Below the pieces are notes generated by a model that searched no databases, was not told the origin of the DNA, and saw nothing but the letters and a program-made list of their open reading frames with translations. Shown here one piece after another: positions 10,064-22,400 of a stretch of DNA of 64,000 nucleotides. A program made the position numbers and the translations under genes. Numbering within the stretch: the first letter of the stretch is position 1; every line of letters begins with the position of its first letter. Where the stretch lies: positions 248,001-312,000 of the forward strand of contig NIVC01000107.1 in assembly GCA_002269645.1 (NCBI GenBank), read 5' to 3'. This DNA comes from Macrostomum lignano (taxonomy: Eukaryota).

Positions 10064-12262
10064 GGGGGTCACCTGATTCATGGCGGCGCGCGAATCATTT
10101 TGCATCAGACGATGTATAGATAGCTTTTAACTGAGTTACGCTACATATCGGCAATCGATCAACCGAACTTCTCTGGAAGTTTCTTGAGAAACAAGTGGAG
10201 ATAAACTTATTCTTTTCTGCCTGCCTGCCTGTCTGTCTGTCTACCTGCCTTAGCTAGCCCCAGTCAGTCTGACTCACCTTAGTGAGGATGGTGGGGCCAA
10301 CAAAGTTGCCCTTCTCGTACCCCTTGACCACGAGGCCTCGGCCGTCCAGCACGCAGTCGGCGCCCTCGGAGATGCCGGACTCCACCAGGCTGAGGGTGCG
10401 CGCTTTGGCCTCCGGGGAGATGACTGGGCCGAGGTCGGCGCCAGGTTCGGTGCCGGGGCCAACGCGGAGCTCCTTGGCGCGGGCGACGATCTCCGGCAGC
10501 CAGTTGCGCGCCTCCCCCACCAGGATGGCGGTGCTGAGCGCCATGCAGCGCTGGCCGGCGGCGCCGAAAGCGGCGCCAATGAGAGACTGAAATGGGAGGG
10601 TTGGGCGCGGACTGCGGAGCTGCTGGCGGCGAGAGCGGAGACGAGAGATCTTAGAAGGTAAAGGGGAGAAAGAAGATGGGGGAGACAAGGGAGATGGGGG
10701 GAGATAAGGGAGATGGGGGAGACAAGGGAGATGGGGGAGATGGGGGAGACAAGGGAGATGGGGGAGACAAGAGAGATGGGGGAGACAAGGGAGATGGGGG
10801 AGACAAGGGAGATGGGGGGAGACAAGGGAGATGGGGGAGACAAGGGAGATGGGTAGACAAGGGAGATGGGGGAGTCAAGGGAGATGGGGAGACAAGGGAG
10901 ATGGGGGAGACAAGGGAGATGGGGGAGACAAGGGAGATGGGGGAGACAAGGGAGATGGGGGGAGACAAAGGAGATGAGGGGAGACAAGGGAGATGGGGGA
11001 GACAAGGGAGATAACACAGCAGGCGAAAGGCCCACCTGGATAGTCTGCGCCTTGTTGGCATCCGGCAGGATCACGCCGTGGTTCTTGGCGCCCATGTTGC
11101 ACTGCACCCGCTTGCCGGACTTGCTGCCCCTCTCGTAGATGTACTGGCCGGCCCGGTCCGAGCCCACGAAGCTGATGGCGCGGATTTGCGGGTTGTCGCA
11201 GATGAAGGTGACGGCCTCCTGGGCGCCGTGGATAACGTTCACGACACCCTTGGGGAAGCCGGCCTCCTGCAGCAGGCCCATGAGCAGCATGCAGGCGCCG
11301 GGGTCTCGCTCCGACGGCTTCAGCAGCATGGTGTTGCCGCACACCAGGGACAAGGGGAACATCCACAGCGGGATCATGGCGGGGAAGTTAAACGGCGTGA
11401 TGCCGGCGGTGACGCCCAGGGGGACCCGGTAGGTGTGCGTGTCCATGTCCTTGGCAATGCCGGGCATGGTCTCTCCCAGCTGCAGGGACGTGATGCTGCA
11501 GCAGTGCTCCACCACCTGGCGACGAGTTGTGAGTTTTTGGTTGTTGCGAGTAAACTTATAATGCCGTAGCAACCACTACGTGACCAGCTATTTCTGAGGC
11601 CTTAGCAACCAATTTTGAGATCAGCCATTTGAGAGTCCTTAGCAACCAATTCTGTGACTAGCCAGTCCCGAGCCCTTAGCAACCAATTCTGTGAACAGCC
11701 ATAATTCTGTGACCAGCCATTCCCGAGCCCTTAGCAACCAATTCTGTGACCAGCCATTCCCGAGTCCTTAGCAACCAATTTTGAGATCAGCCATTTGAGA
11801 GTCCTTAGCAACTAATTATGTGCCCAGCCATTTTCATCGCACCGCCTGGCAGCTGAGTAAAAACCAACCCTTTTTGAGACCTTAGCAACCAGGCTGTAAT
11901 TGCCCAAGCTAACAAAAGCCGATCCAACCGCAGCAGCTGTACCTGCAGACCCCGCATGACATCGCCATGAGCATCAGCCAGAGTCTTCCCCTGCTCCAAG
12001 GTGATGTTCTCCGCCAGCTTCTTCATGTCCCGCTTGATGAGCCGCTGCAGTTCGAACATGAGGCTCTGCCTGGTCAGCACGGTGGTCTTGCGCCAGGACT
12101 CGAAAGCAGTTTGGCAGGAATCAACAGCAGAATTCATCTCCGCCTCAGTACACTTAGGCACCCGGGTGACCAGCTCATTGTTGGCTGGATTGTGCAGCTC
12201 GATCCAGCTCTTTGCCTTGGACTCCACAAATTCGCCATCAATGAACATCTTGGTGGTAGGCA
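9396..12262 (-). CDS. ALDH6A1: Methylmalonate-semialdehyde dehydrogenase (acylating); exons 12262-11943, 11515-11036, 10586-10278, 9782-9396; N-terminal exon(s) not located
   Basis: [55 protein letters not shown] (catalytic Cys), [20 protein letters not shown]. All junctions are GT-AG and in frame. Confidence 0.95.
9775..10075 (-). repeat. Intronic array of (CT)n plus a duplicated splice junction (atccag|gtgacccccagc)
   Basis: Six extra copies of the acceptor and exon start, with AG at 9817, 9863, 9905, 9963, 10011 and 10073, upstream of the coding acceptor at 9783. Confidence 0.9.
10670..11012 (-). repeat. Intronic pyrimidine-rich minisatellite, ~18-19 bp unit (cttgtctcccccatctcc)
   Basis: Tandem copies in ALDH6A1 intron 10587-11035. 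Confidence 0.9.
11560..11895 (+). repeat. Degenerate intronic minisatellite (ttagcaaccaattctgtgaccagccatt...)
   Basis: Repeated motif in ALDH6A1 intron 11516-11942. Confidence 0.8.
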
Positions 12263-15016
12263 CTGAGTAGTGGCGCCAGAACCCAGTTAGGACTGGTACC
12301 TGGGCATTTGGGATCCAAGGAAGTTGCAAATAATTAGTATTGGCATGCAATTCATTCTTAAGACAACAACAGATAGAAAAATCAAGACCAAGACTTCAAA
12401 TAATTTCTAATTATACCTAATTGTTTGAGTGGATGGCCAGCCAATAAATATTTGAAGTTTTTCAATATGCTTCAAAACATATTATAAAAAAGTCAAAATC
12501 ATTGAACAAATTATTCAAGTCCTAAATTCTTCTGAATAATTCCTTCAATTTCTATACTATTTTTATTAATAATAACCATTTAGCATTTTAAGTCCATTGT
12601 AGTGGAAATAATTTCTATATAGGAAACAAAAATTAATTTTAGTTCATTATAACAAGGTACAATAGGAAACTTTTTGGTATATACAAATATACAACATACT
12701 TAGGTAGATTTTTAAAGGACTTTCATTAGAAAATAAATAATTATAGCTTGTAAAGCACCATTGCACCTTTACTTGTAACAATTTTTGGTAATAAGTATTT
12801 TAGTTACACTTAAGTTAAACCAATGCAGTGGTTATATATTTAGTAAAGTAAACAAAGGTTCTTGAAGTTTTTTTGGGTTGAGTGTTATATAGCTATAAAT
12901 ATATAGGAGACAGGACAGGAGTTTGACAGGAGATTTTTTAAGATTTCAAGGCTATATGTAGCATATTAAAAAAAACATTTATTGCATTTCTTTGGCTCCC
13001 CAACGGGGGGCATAGATTGCTAGTAGAATAAAACTAATATATATTTTAGTTACTATGTAAACCACACTCTGGATCATGTAGTATACACCCAAAAATTTGG
13101 GTATACATTGGCCTTGCATATTAGGTATGCATTACTCCTAAGAAAATAGTGTGCATTTACACTTGGTATACATTTTATAGAAATCAGATGGAAGAGTTAG
13201 TGTTAAATAGAAAAAAGATTGAGAAGTTCATTTAAAGAGTAAATTTCAAGCTTTCCAGTTTTTTAAAGCTCATAATAGGGCATTTAAACAAATGTTTGAG
13301 CATACCAATTTTCTGCCATAAATAGTATAGGCAAAGAAAAAAACAAATTATCAGCCAAAAAGGGTTGAACTTCACGCAATGCAAGAAAGGTCATTTTCTG
13401 TTGCAATGCAAAAGCCATTTTGCAGATGGTGGGGTATATGCAGAAAATTCCAGCGTACACTTGATTTCTGTGGCGTACACCAGTGTACATTTCTTGGCTG
13501 TGTACAGTGTGGCATACAGTGTGGTGTATGGCGACTGGCGTAGAAATTAATATAAAGAATTTTTTGTGCTTTTTCTGTGTTAAGTTATTTCAAAACCATT
13601 TTTTCTGCTACTATTTTCTCATTTACCAATCATTTTAATTACCGGAATTGTCACGACAATTGTCATGTTGTTATCATTTTTTGTAGTTTGAATTTAAATT
13701 TAAATATTTGTTGATTTTTTTACCATTTTTAAGTTGGCATACATTAAAAATCTGTTGGCGTACAATTGAAAATTCAATAAAAATGTGTCTGGCGTACACA
13801 GAAAACCTTCCGCAATATGGTGCAAAAGAAGGTCATTTATTGTTGCAATACTTGCCTAGATTTGAGAGTGTGGGCATGCACTTAATTTTTTGGCATGCAT
13901 TTGTAACTTTAATTTTTGTTTGGGCCTTTACCTAGCATGATCTAGACTATAGCTATAGTATGCACCCTATACTAATAAGATTAGTAACACTAACAGGTGC
14001 AATGACGATGGCATAATTGCCATAATTATAATTAAAAATTTGCAGAACAAAATTACCTTGCTTAAGCTGAGAAGCCGATTCATTTTTTCCTTAGGAGGAT
14101 ACCTAATGGACTGTAGATTTTTTACACAGCGTAAAGTATACCCGTTGACTTCGAGTTAAGAGCAATAAATATATTTTAACAAAAAAGAAGTGAGAAAATT
14201 AAAAAGGGTTAAAAAGCATTCAGTTGCAATTGGTGTAAATAAAATTTTAAACTTATACTAATAATAATAGGAGAATTAAAGAGTAAGTTATCGCTTTTTC
14301 TGGTGCATTGCATTGTTTTATTTTGTGATGTTAGGATTTGTTATTATTTTTTATAAAAACAATCTAATTTAAAATACTTTTTTTCGTGCCAATTTGAACA
14401 TATATATCCACTCATCGTTTAACGAACCAATTATATAATTTAAAATTAAGGCCTAGCCGCCGCAGTAAACTTCGAGGTGAGCTAATCTCCATGCATGTGA
14501 CTTGAGACCGTGCTGTTGTCAAATTACTAGGTCTATCAATTCCAATTATGCATATCGTGATCATATTCTATTTGATTTCAAGAAGTAGTGTGCTTTATCA
14601 TTTGACAATGCTTATCCCCAAAGCACAAGAAGATAGGGCAGCTATCTCGTTAGTGTGCCATGTGATAAGCAAAAATTATTCCCATAGTGTATGTGGAAAA
14701 TAGGGCAGCTTTCTTGTCAGTGTGCCATGGCCATGTCATTCAGATAAGCATCATTGCATCATTTTTCCAAAATCCCATAATATGGGGGACACTAAAATAA
14801 AAAAATGTGATGAGACCTGTATAACTTTTATACATTTTCATGTATAATGCCAACACATTTTCAAAGGCTACCAGTCACTTTGGCATCAAGACATTTTGGT
14901 GACAGACACTAACAACAAGACATTTTGGCAACAGTCACTTTGGCAACAATGTTAGGCCATTTTGGCAAATTCTCTGGTATAACTAATTTATGCACTTAGA
15001 CTTGGACCCGGACTAA

Positions 15017-17216
15017 ATGCAGGGATTCCCTAAGTGATATTCAAGATCAATATTCGGAAATAACAAAAATCTCTGCTTTTAAAGCACCAAATGCCATGAT
15101 TTTTTACAGAAGAAACATCACCCACGAGATAAACCGACTTAAAAAAATTATGGCTACAGATTGAAAGGATTTTTTACAATTTGCCTAAAACTAGTGCTTC
15201 CTTATATCCACAGTGTAATAAATTGATATTTGATTTCAAGTACTTCTGCTTGCTCTCTGTCGCTAAAAATTGACATGCAGGACTTCATCCAGACATTAAG
15301 CGATTATCATAACTCAAACTGAACTCAAGGCTTCATGCTCAAGAAATATTTGAGAAAACTGATGTTCTTATCTCCACAATGTATTAAATTGATATTCGAT
15401 TTCAAGTACTTCTGCTTGCTTTCTATTGCTAAAAAATGACATGCAGGACTTCACCCAGACACTAAGCGATTATCATAACTCAAACTGAAGTCAAAGCTTC
15501 ATGCTCAAGAAATATTCGAGAAAAACTGATGTTTCTACAGTACATTGTACATGTACATGTATCTCCACAGTGCATTAGACTGGGATAATAATTTTGTTCA
15601 TTTGTGTGAATATATAGTAAGATATATAGTAAGATGCATCGAAAGGTATAAATTGCACAGGAGTTAAGCATGCAAGAAAATCTATAGCTATGTAATCTTA
15701 TTTTGACGTTTCCCGAATTATTTCATTTTTAGGAAGCCCATTTGATTTTGGTTTTGGTTCCCATGTTTACTGGAAGCCATTTTTACCTGGTAGCGATTAT
15801 TGTATCAGCTAGAAATGTTTATCTCTTCAACTCCTCTACCAGTAATATCCGCCAGCAGAATGTGTTGCCCAGAATTGTAGAAAACTGGAAGTAAGAAGCT
15901 TTTTCCTTTCAACCTTTGACTTCAGATAAGACAATTATGAATGTAAGGATACACATCCATGTAAGCTTTTCCAAACACCAATTGTAGTGCTTTTCTACAT
16001 CTGGCACTAAAAGAAATCTACAAGTATTTTTCACTTAAAGAAAATACTACTTTTTGCAGTGACAACGCTCCACACACTAAGCAAGACGATTCTTTTAGTT
16101 GTGGTGCCTTCGATTTGTCTGCTTGTATGCCAGAAGCATAATTCTTGGTAGGGAGCTACAATATCAGAAAGCAAGCAAAGACTTTCTTGAGAAAGTGCAT
16201 TTGTTACATATGGAAAGTAATCAGTAACAACTCCGTCGATAGCAACCAAGGTTCTTGTGTCATTTGTCAAGTAGAAAAGCCACCAAAAGCAGACGGTGCA
16301 GCAACAATTGATTGGGTGAGTTGTAAAATTCTTGTACGTATAAATACCTCTGTGCCAAATATCAATACACATGTACTCACTTTACCTTTAAATTTACTTC
16401 TTGTACATGCACTACTGGTAGATTGAGTGCTCATCCTGTCTTGACTAGATCCACTGCGTCTGTGCATCCACAACGCAAGAAGAGGAAAACTTCTGCTGCT
16501 CGACCTGCATCAATTTACTCATCTGATCGAATAGCATACAATTCAATGGCCTAACTTTGTGCAGCATTAAATATGCATGACGTGTACGCTATTCAAGGAA
16601 TTCTAGACTAAAGAGCTAATTGAGTTTCATCTAAATTTATTCAGTGCAAATAAACTTTCAACTCAATATAAAATGTTACACTAGCTACTGTAGAAATAGA
16701 AACATCAGTTTTTCTCGAGTAGGTCTCAAGCATGAAGCTTTGAGTTCAGTTTGAGTTATGATAATCGCTTAGTGTCTGGGTGAAGTCCTGCATGTCAATT
16801 TTCAGCAACAGAGAGCAAGTAGAAGTACTGAAATAGAATATCAATCTAATACATTGTGGAGATAAGAACATCAGTTTTCTCAAATAGTTCTTGAGCATGA
16901 AGCCTTGAGTTCAGTTTGAGTTATGATAATCGCTTAGTGTCTGGGTGAAGTCCTGCATGTCAATTTTCAGCAACAGAGAGCAAGCAGAAGTACTTGAAAT
17001 CAAATATCAATTTATTACACTGTGGATATAAGGAAGCACCAGTTTTAGGCAAATTGTAAAAAATCCTTTCAATCTGTAGCCATAATTTTTTTAAGTCGGT
17101 TTATCTCGTGGGTGATATTTCTTCTGTAAAAAATCATGGCGTTTGGTGCTTTAAAAGCAGAGATTTTTGTTATTTCCGAATATTGATCTTGAATATCGCT
17201 CAGGGAATCCCTGCAT
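15017..17216. mobile_element. Foldback/TIR DNA element with ~520-bp inverted arms (15017-~15540 and ~16690-17216)
   Basis: atgcagggattccctaagtgatattcaagatcaatattcggaaataac... is the reverse complement of ...gttatttccgaatattgatcttgaatatcgctcagggaatccctgcat. Each arm contains an internal ~185-bp direct duplication. No TSD recognised. Confidence 0.85.
15733..16526 (+). pseudogene. Decayed spliced Ulp1/SENP (C48)-like protease plus PHD-finger gene inside the foldback element
   Basis: LVPMFTGSHFYLVAIIVSARNVYLFNS (His region) and KQDDSFSCGA[fs]FVCLYA (Gln/Cys region). The PHD reads CVIC...IDW|intron 16316-16421|IECSSCLD*IHCVC...FCCSTC, with the conserved Trp codon changed to TAG (16446-16448). Confidence 0.75.
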
Positions 17217-19449
17217 CCAGACTAATGCCATTTTGATATTTGCCAATTTACAGACCGGACTACCCATTTTATTGACTTTAGGCAAAACTTGACATTTGGC
17301 CTAACGTACCTAACGTGTAACGTACCTAACGTACCTAAAGGCCTAACGTGTTAAAATCAATAAAGGTTCTAAAATGGATATTGGTTTGGGTCCAAGTCTA
17401 TATAATATAGTCCATTTATTAGTTAGTGGAATTCTTTAGAAAATATCAATTTAACAAAATAAAGAAGCAGCTACTGCTTGATATTTTAATGGTCTGATTA
17501 TTCTATAGTCTCTATTTTATATTTTATTTTATAATGACTTTTTTAATTTAAAATCAATTAATCAGTTACTATTTTAACAAAGTGTTTTAACAAAGTGCAT
17601 GGCTACAGACTTTTATTTTTATTTTAAGTATTTGAGTAGTAAAAAATGATTATCTTTGTGACCTTATTTATATAGTTGTTTTATCTTTGGTAAATAGTCT
17701 TTATATAATTATTCATATTCAGCTTTTGTTAAAATGTCTCATTCTTTGTTGCCAATTTGGCAATTACTATTGCCAAAAAAATTCATTTGTCCTAAAATTG
17801 TTGTTGCCGAAGTGACTTGTTGCTGAAGTGACTAGTAGCCTTTTCAAACACATCTTCCAACACTTTTTATAACACTTAAAATGTCACAAAATGTCATAAT
17901 GGTTAACTTTTTCCAACAAATTTTCAGACACATCTTTCAATACCTTTTTATGACATTTAAAATGCTGCAAAAAGTGTTGTAATGATAGGTGCTAGTATTT
18001 CCATCAACTGGCATTTTGTCAAATAGTTGACAAAGTAACTATTTGGCGGGTGTAGCAGTATTTGCTATTGACAAATTGACCAAGTTAAGAGTTCTTACTG
18101 ATTGGTCAATTAATGAAGTCACTGAGATCAAGGCATATGCCCCAGGCCCCCATTTGACAAAATAAAATAAATTTTGAATTATAGTTACTCAATACCAAAT
18201 GCATATAGAGCATTGATCAATTGATTTGATTTGATCAATTGAATTGATTTGTCTATGACATGCATCAGTCTAAAAGATTTTTCAATATACAAGTCTAAAA
18301 GTATATCACTTAAAATCAATTGGCTCATTAAGCTTATTGAACATATCAGACTAAAGCACATTAAGGCAAGAGGTTTCTTAGATGGGAAGGTAGTGATATA
18401 GTAATGCAATAGGCAAAAGTTCACTCAACAATATCAAAGTTTAAACTTTTAAAGTTATTTCTAGTGTTGGGCACCATTAATGAAAATCTTAACTTCCATT
18501 AAAGGCAAAAGCATTAGCATAAAAATGAAAAAATCTCAACTTTTTAACTCTTAATTTTGTATAAGTTAACTGAAAATTAAATGATAATTGTTAATAAGTG
18601 TTAATCCATTGAAGTTAACATAGAAAATACAGAAATCTTGCACATTTTTCTGAAATAGACTTCATAATGCACTGCTTTTGCTTTTCCATCTTTTTAGCAA
18701 AACACAGGACATCCAACAGATTTACAAGCTGGAAAAAACAAAAAATAATAATAGTAAAAACTTATAAGTCTAATACTACTAAAAGTAATCATACAATAAA
18801 CAAAGTAACTTATTTATTTGAAACTTGAAAGCTAATTAGTTAATAATAAAATACAAATAGGAAGGTTGTTTCAATAGCATTAGCAAGTGGAGCAGAAAGT
18901 TACAAAAGATTGGGAAACAAGTCAATTAAAGCAATTGATGCTCATGTGCAAGCAATAAAGTTCACAATTTTAATTCAATATTAAAGTTTATTAGTAAGAA
19001 GTTGCTACATCTGCATGATCATTGTCATAAACAAAGAAATTAATTAGGCATTTAGGTAAATTTGAATATATCCATAATGTTGTAACTTCTAGTCAGACTT
19101 GTATTTTTGTTTTTTATTTGCATTGTTAGTCTTGACACTGTCATTGACGTTAACAATGAATTTGTCATTAACTCACAAAATAACTAACACAAATTCGTTA
19201 ATCCGTTAGTTCAAAAAATCTTAATGGCAGTCCGTTAACATTAACAAAAAATCTTAATGCTTATTAATGGATTAATGCTTATTAACAGACCCATGCCCAA
19301 CACTGGTTATTTCTAAATTATAATTAAAAATATATATAAAAAATAGTAATGCTAATTCAACATATTAACAAACTGCAGCAATAAACTCAATCTCAGTTCT
19401 ACAGTTCTACTAAGACTGGCACCAAATCATCTGCCTACGCTTGTATCAG

Positions 19450-22400
19450 ATGCATAACCTGCTAGGCAGCAACTATCCTGGTGGACTGCAGAACATTGGT
19501 AATTTTAGCTGGCATACACCTGAAGTACAGCTCACTTTCTAATTCTTTGCAAGCTGAGGCATGCGCTATTTTCTAATATTTCAGGCAATACCTGCTATGC
19601 CAATGCTGTGCTGCAGGTGCTCTGCTACACGCCAGGCCTCTACAATCATCTCAGAAAGGTTGTGCTATTCATACATCGCATTGATCGGGTGCGCTCAGTT
19701 CTAAAAGAGGTGAGCTGGTAACCTGGGGCTGGACAACTGCTCTCCACTCCAATATCGTCTTGGATCCTTGAATTTGATGGTGAATATTTTCTGTTCCACT
19801 TTGCAGCTTGTGACAGAGTCGATGCAGGAGAAGCTGGCGCTGCCATTGTCCTGCGCTTTTGTGGAGCACATGTTTAGGGTGAGTTTTGGATTCGGCTCGG
19901 GATCAGTTTCGGTGCTGGGTGGGGAATTGGGATCAGTTTCGGTGCTGGGTGGGGAATTGGGATCAGTTTCGGTGCTGGGTGGGGAATTGGGATCAGTTTC
20001 AGTGCTGGATGGGGAATTGGGATCGGTTTCAGTGCTGGGTGGGGAATTGGGATCAGTTTCAGTGCTGGGTGGGGAATTGGGATCAGTTTCAGTGCTGGGT
20101 GGGGAATTGGGATCAGTTCGGTGCTGGGTGGGGAATTGAGATCAGTTTCGGTGCTGGGTGGGGAATTGGGATCGGTTTCAGTGCTGGGTGGGGAATTGGG
20201 ATCAGTTTCGGTGCTGGGTGGGGAATTGGGATCAGTTTCAGTGCTGGGTGGGGAGTTGGGATCAGTTTCAGTGCTGGGTGGGGAATTGGGATCAGTTTCA
20301 GTGCTGGGTGGGGAATTGGGATCAGTTTCAGTGCTGGGTGGGGAATTGGGATCAGTTTCAGTGCTGGGTGGGGAATTGAGATCGGTTTCAGTGCTGGGTG
20401 GGGAATTGGGATCAGTTTCAGTGCTGGGTGGGGAATTGAGATCGGTTTCAGTGCTGGGTGGGGAATTGGGATCAGTTTCAGTGCTGGGTGGGGAATTGGG
20501 ATCAGTTTCAGTGCTGGGTGGGGAATTGAGATCGGTTTCAGTGCTGGGTGGGGAATTGGGATCAGTTTCAATGCTGGATGGGGAATTGGGATCAGTTTCA
20601 GTGCTGGGTGGGGAATTGGGATCAGTTTCGATGCTGGGTGGGGAATTGGGATCAGTTTCGATGCTGGGTGGGGAATTGGGATCAGTGCTGATTAATCCAC
20701 TGCTGAAGTCAATGAATATGGCTGTAAGTTACTCACTAAGTAGCACTGAGCAGTATGCATAAATCATCGCAGGTGTTTCGCATGATTCGAGTGGAACGGC
20801 GCACCTGTCGCCCGGGGCCGCTTCTCCGCATCCTCCGGTCTATGCACTGCGCCTTCACGCCCGGCGAGGAGCACGACGCCCAGGAGCTGCTGCTGTGCGC
20901 GCTGGACGCTGTCCAGTCGGCGATGCGCGACCTGCAGGCCTTTCGCAACTCGCTGGCTGAGCTGGCGCGGGACTGGGGGAGCAGCCCGCCCGCCGGCTGC
21001 TGCCGCTGCCTCAGCGATTCGCCGCCTCCACCAGCCTGGAGGAGGCCCTTGCGGTGCCAGACATCCCAGACGATGACAGTTCGGCTGAAGCCTCCGCCGA
21101 GCCCGCCGAGGCTGCCGCTGCTGGCTCGGATTCCTACGACGCACCGCTCCTCCGGCTTGACGAGTTCGTCGACGATGACGACTTGTTTTCCATCACGGCC
21201 GCCGCCACCGCTGCTCAGGACGATGGCGACTCGCCGTTCCTGTCCGCCACTGCCGCGCCCACCTCCGCCGCCTCGGCCGTGTCCACCGCCGGCGCCGACC
21301 GGGCCGCCTCCACCCCATCGCCGCTGTCGCCCTGCCTGTCGCCGCGCAGCCCCGCCGCCGCCGAGGACGGGCCGGACGCGGCCGCGGATCTGCTGCCCGG
21401 CCTGACCGCCCACCCCGCTGTGCAGCAGCCGCCTCACCGACAGCTGCCAGTGAAGTCGTTCTCGCGCAACCGGGACCGGCAGCCCAGCAGCTTCGACCGG
21501 GCCTTCGGCGCCGACGCCTTCAAATTGCGTGGCGGCGCCCGCGCCAACCGGCTGATCGCCGCAGAGTCTCCGAGGCGGCCGCTCGGCCAGCAAAATCTCG
21601 CCGTCAACTCCGGCGGCCTGCCGTCCGCAACGCTGTCGCCTCATCAACCGCATCTGCCAGCCTCCGCGGCGGCTGCCGCAGCTGCCACATCCGCTGCCGT
21701 GGCCGCCGTCTCCGCCGCGGTTGCCGGCAAGCGGTCTCTCAGCGCGGCCCTGGACTCCTCCCTGCCGGCTGCGCTGATTCCAGCCACCCTCCAGCCGCCT
21801 TCATCTCCTTCGACGCTCACCTCGCCCGCCTCCAAGCTGCCCATGCTCTCCGCTGCCGTCGCGGCCATCAACGGCGCCGGTCCCACTAACGACGAGAATT
21901 TCGGCGCTTCGCCGTTGAAACGGCAGCGCCGCCTGCTGTCTTCAGCGTCCTCCTCTTCTGGCGTCGCCTTGTCCGTGACGAACTCGGCGGGGTCGGAGGC
22001 TGCGGCCAACCGCGGCGGCTCTGCTGGCTTCACCCTGGCTGAGCTGGTCGGCTGCATCGAGGCGCTGGACATCGGAGATCCTCGGCTTCACGACTTTGTG
22101 GGCAGTCGAATGACTGGTGAGTCCAGAGAATCGCCTGGAGCTGGCATAGAGCATCGCCTAGAGCTGCCATAGAGAATCGCCTGGAGCTGGCATAGAATCG
22201 CTCGGAGCTGGCATAGAGAATCGCTCAGAACTTGTATAGAGAAGCCCATTGGCTGGCATAGAGCATCGCCTAAAGCTGGCATAGAGAACTGTCTGGAGCT
22301 GGCATCAAATCGCCTTGAACTGGTATAGCATCACTCTTGCTGGCATAGAGAATCGCTCAGAGCTGGCATAGAGAACTGTCTGGGGCTGGCATAGAGAATC

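Noticed and set aside
10274-11572. 432-aa ORF as a single-exon ALDH
   Set aside because: It reads through intronic repeat sequence and leaves frame; the spliced model restores the conserved ALDH6A1 sequence.
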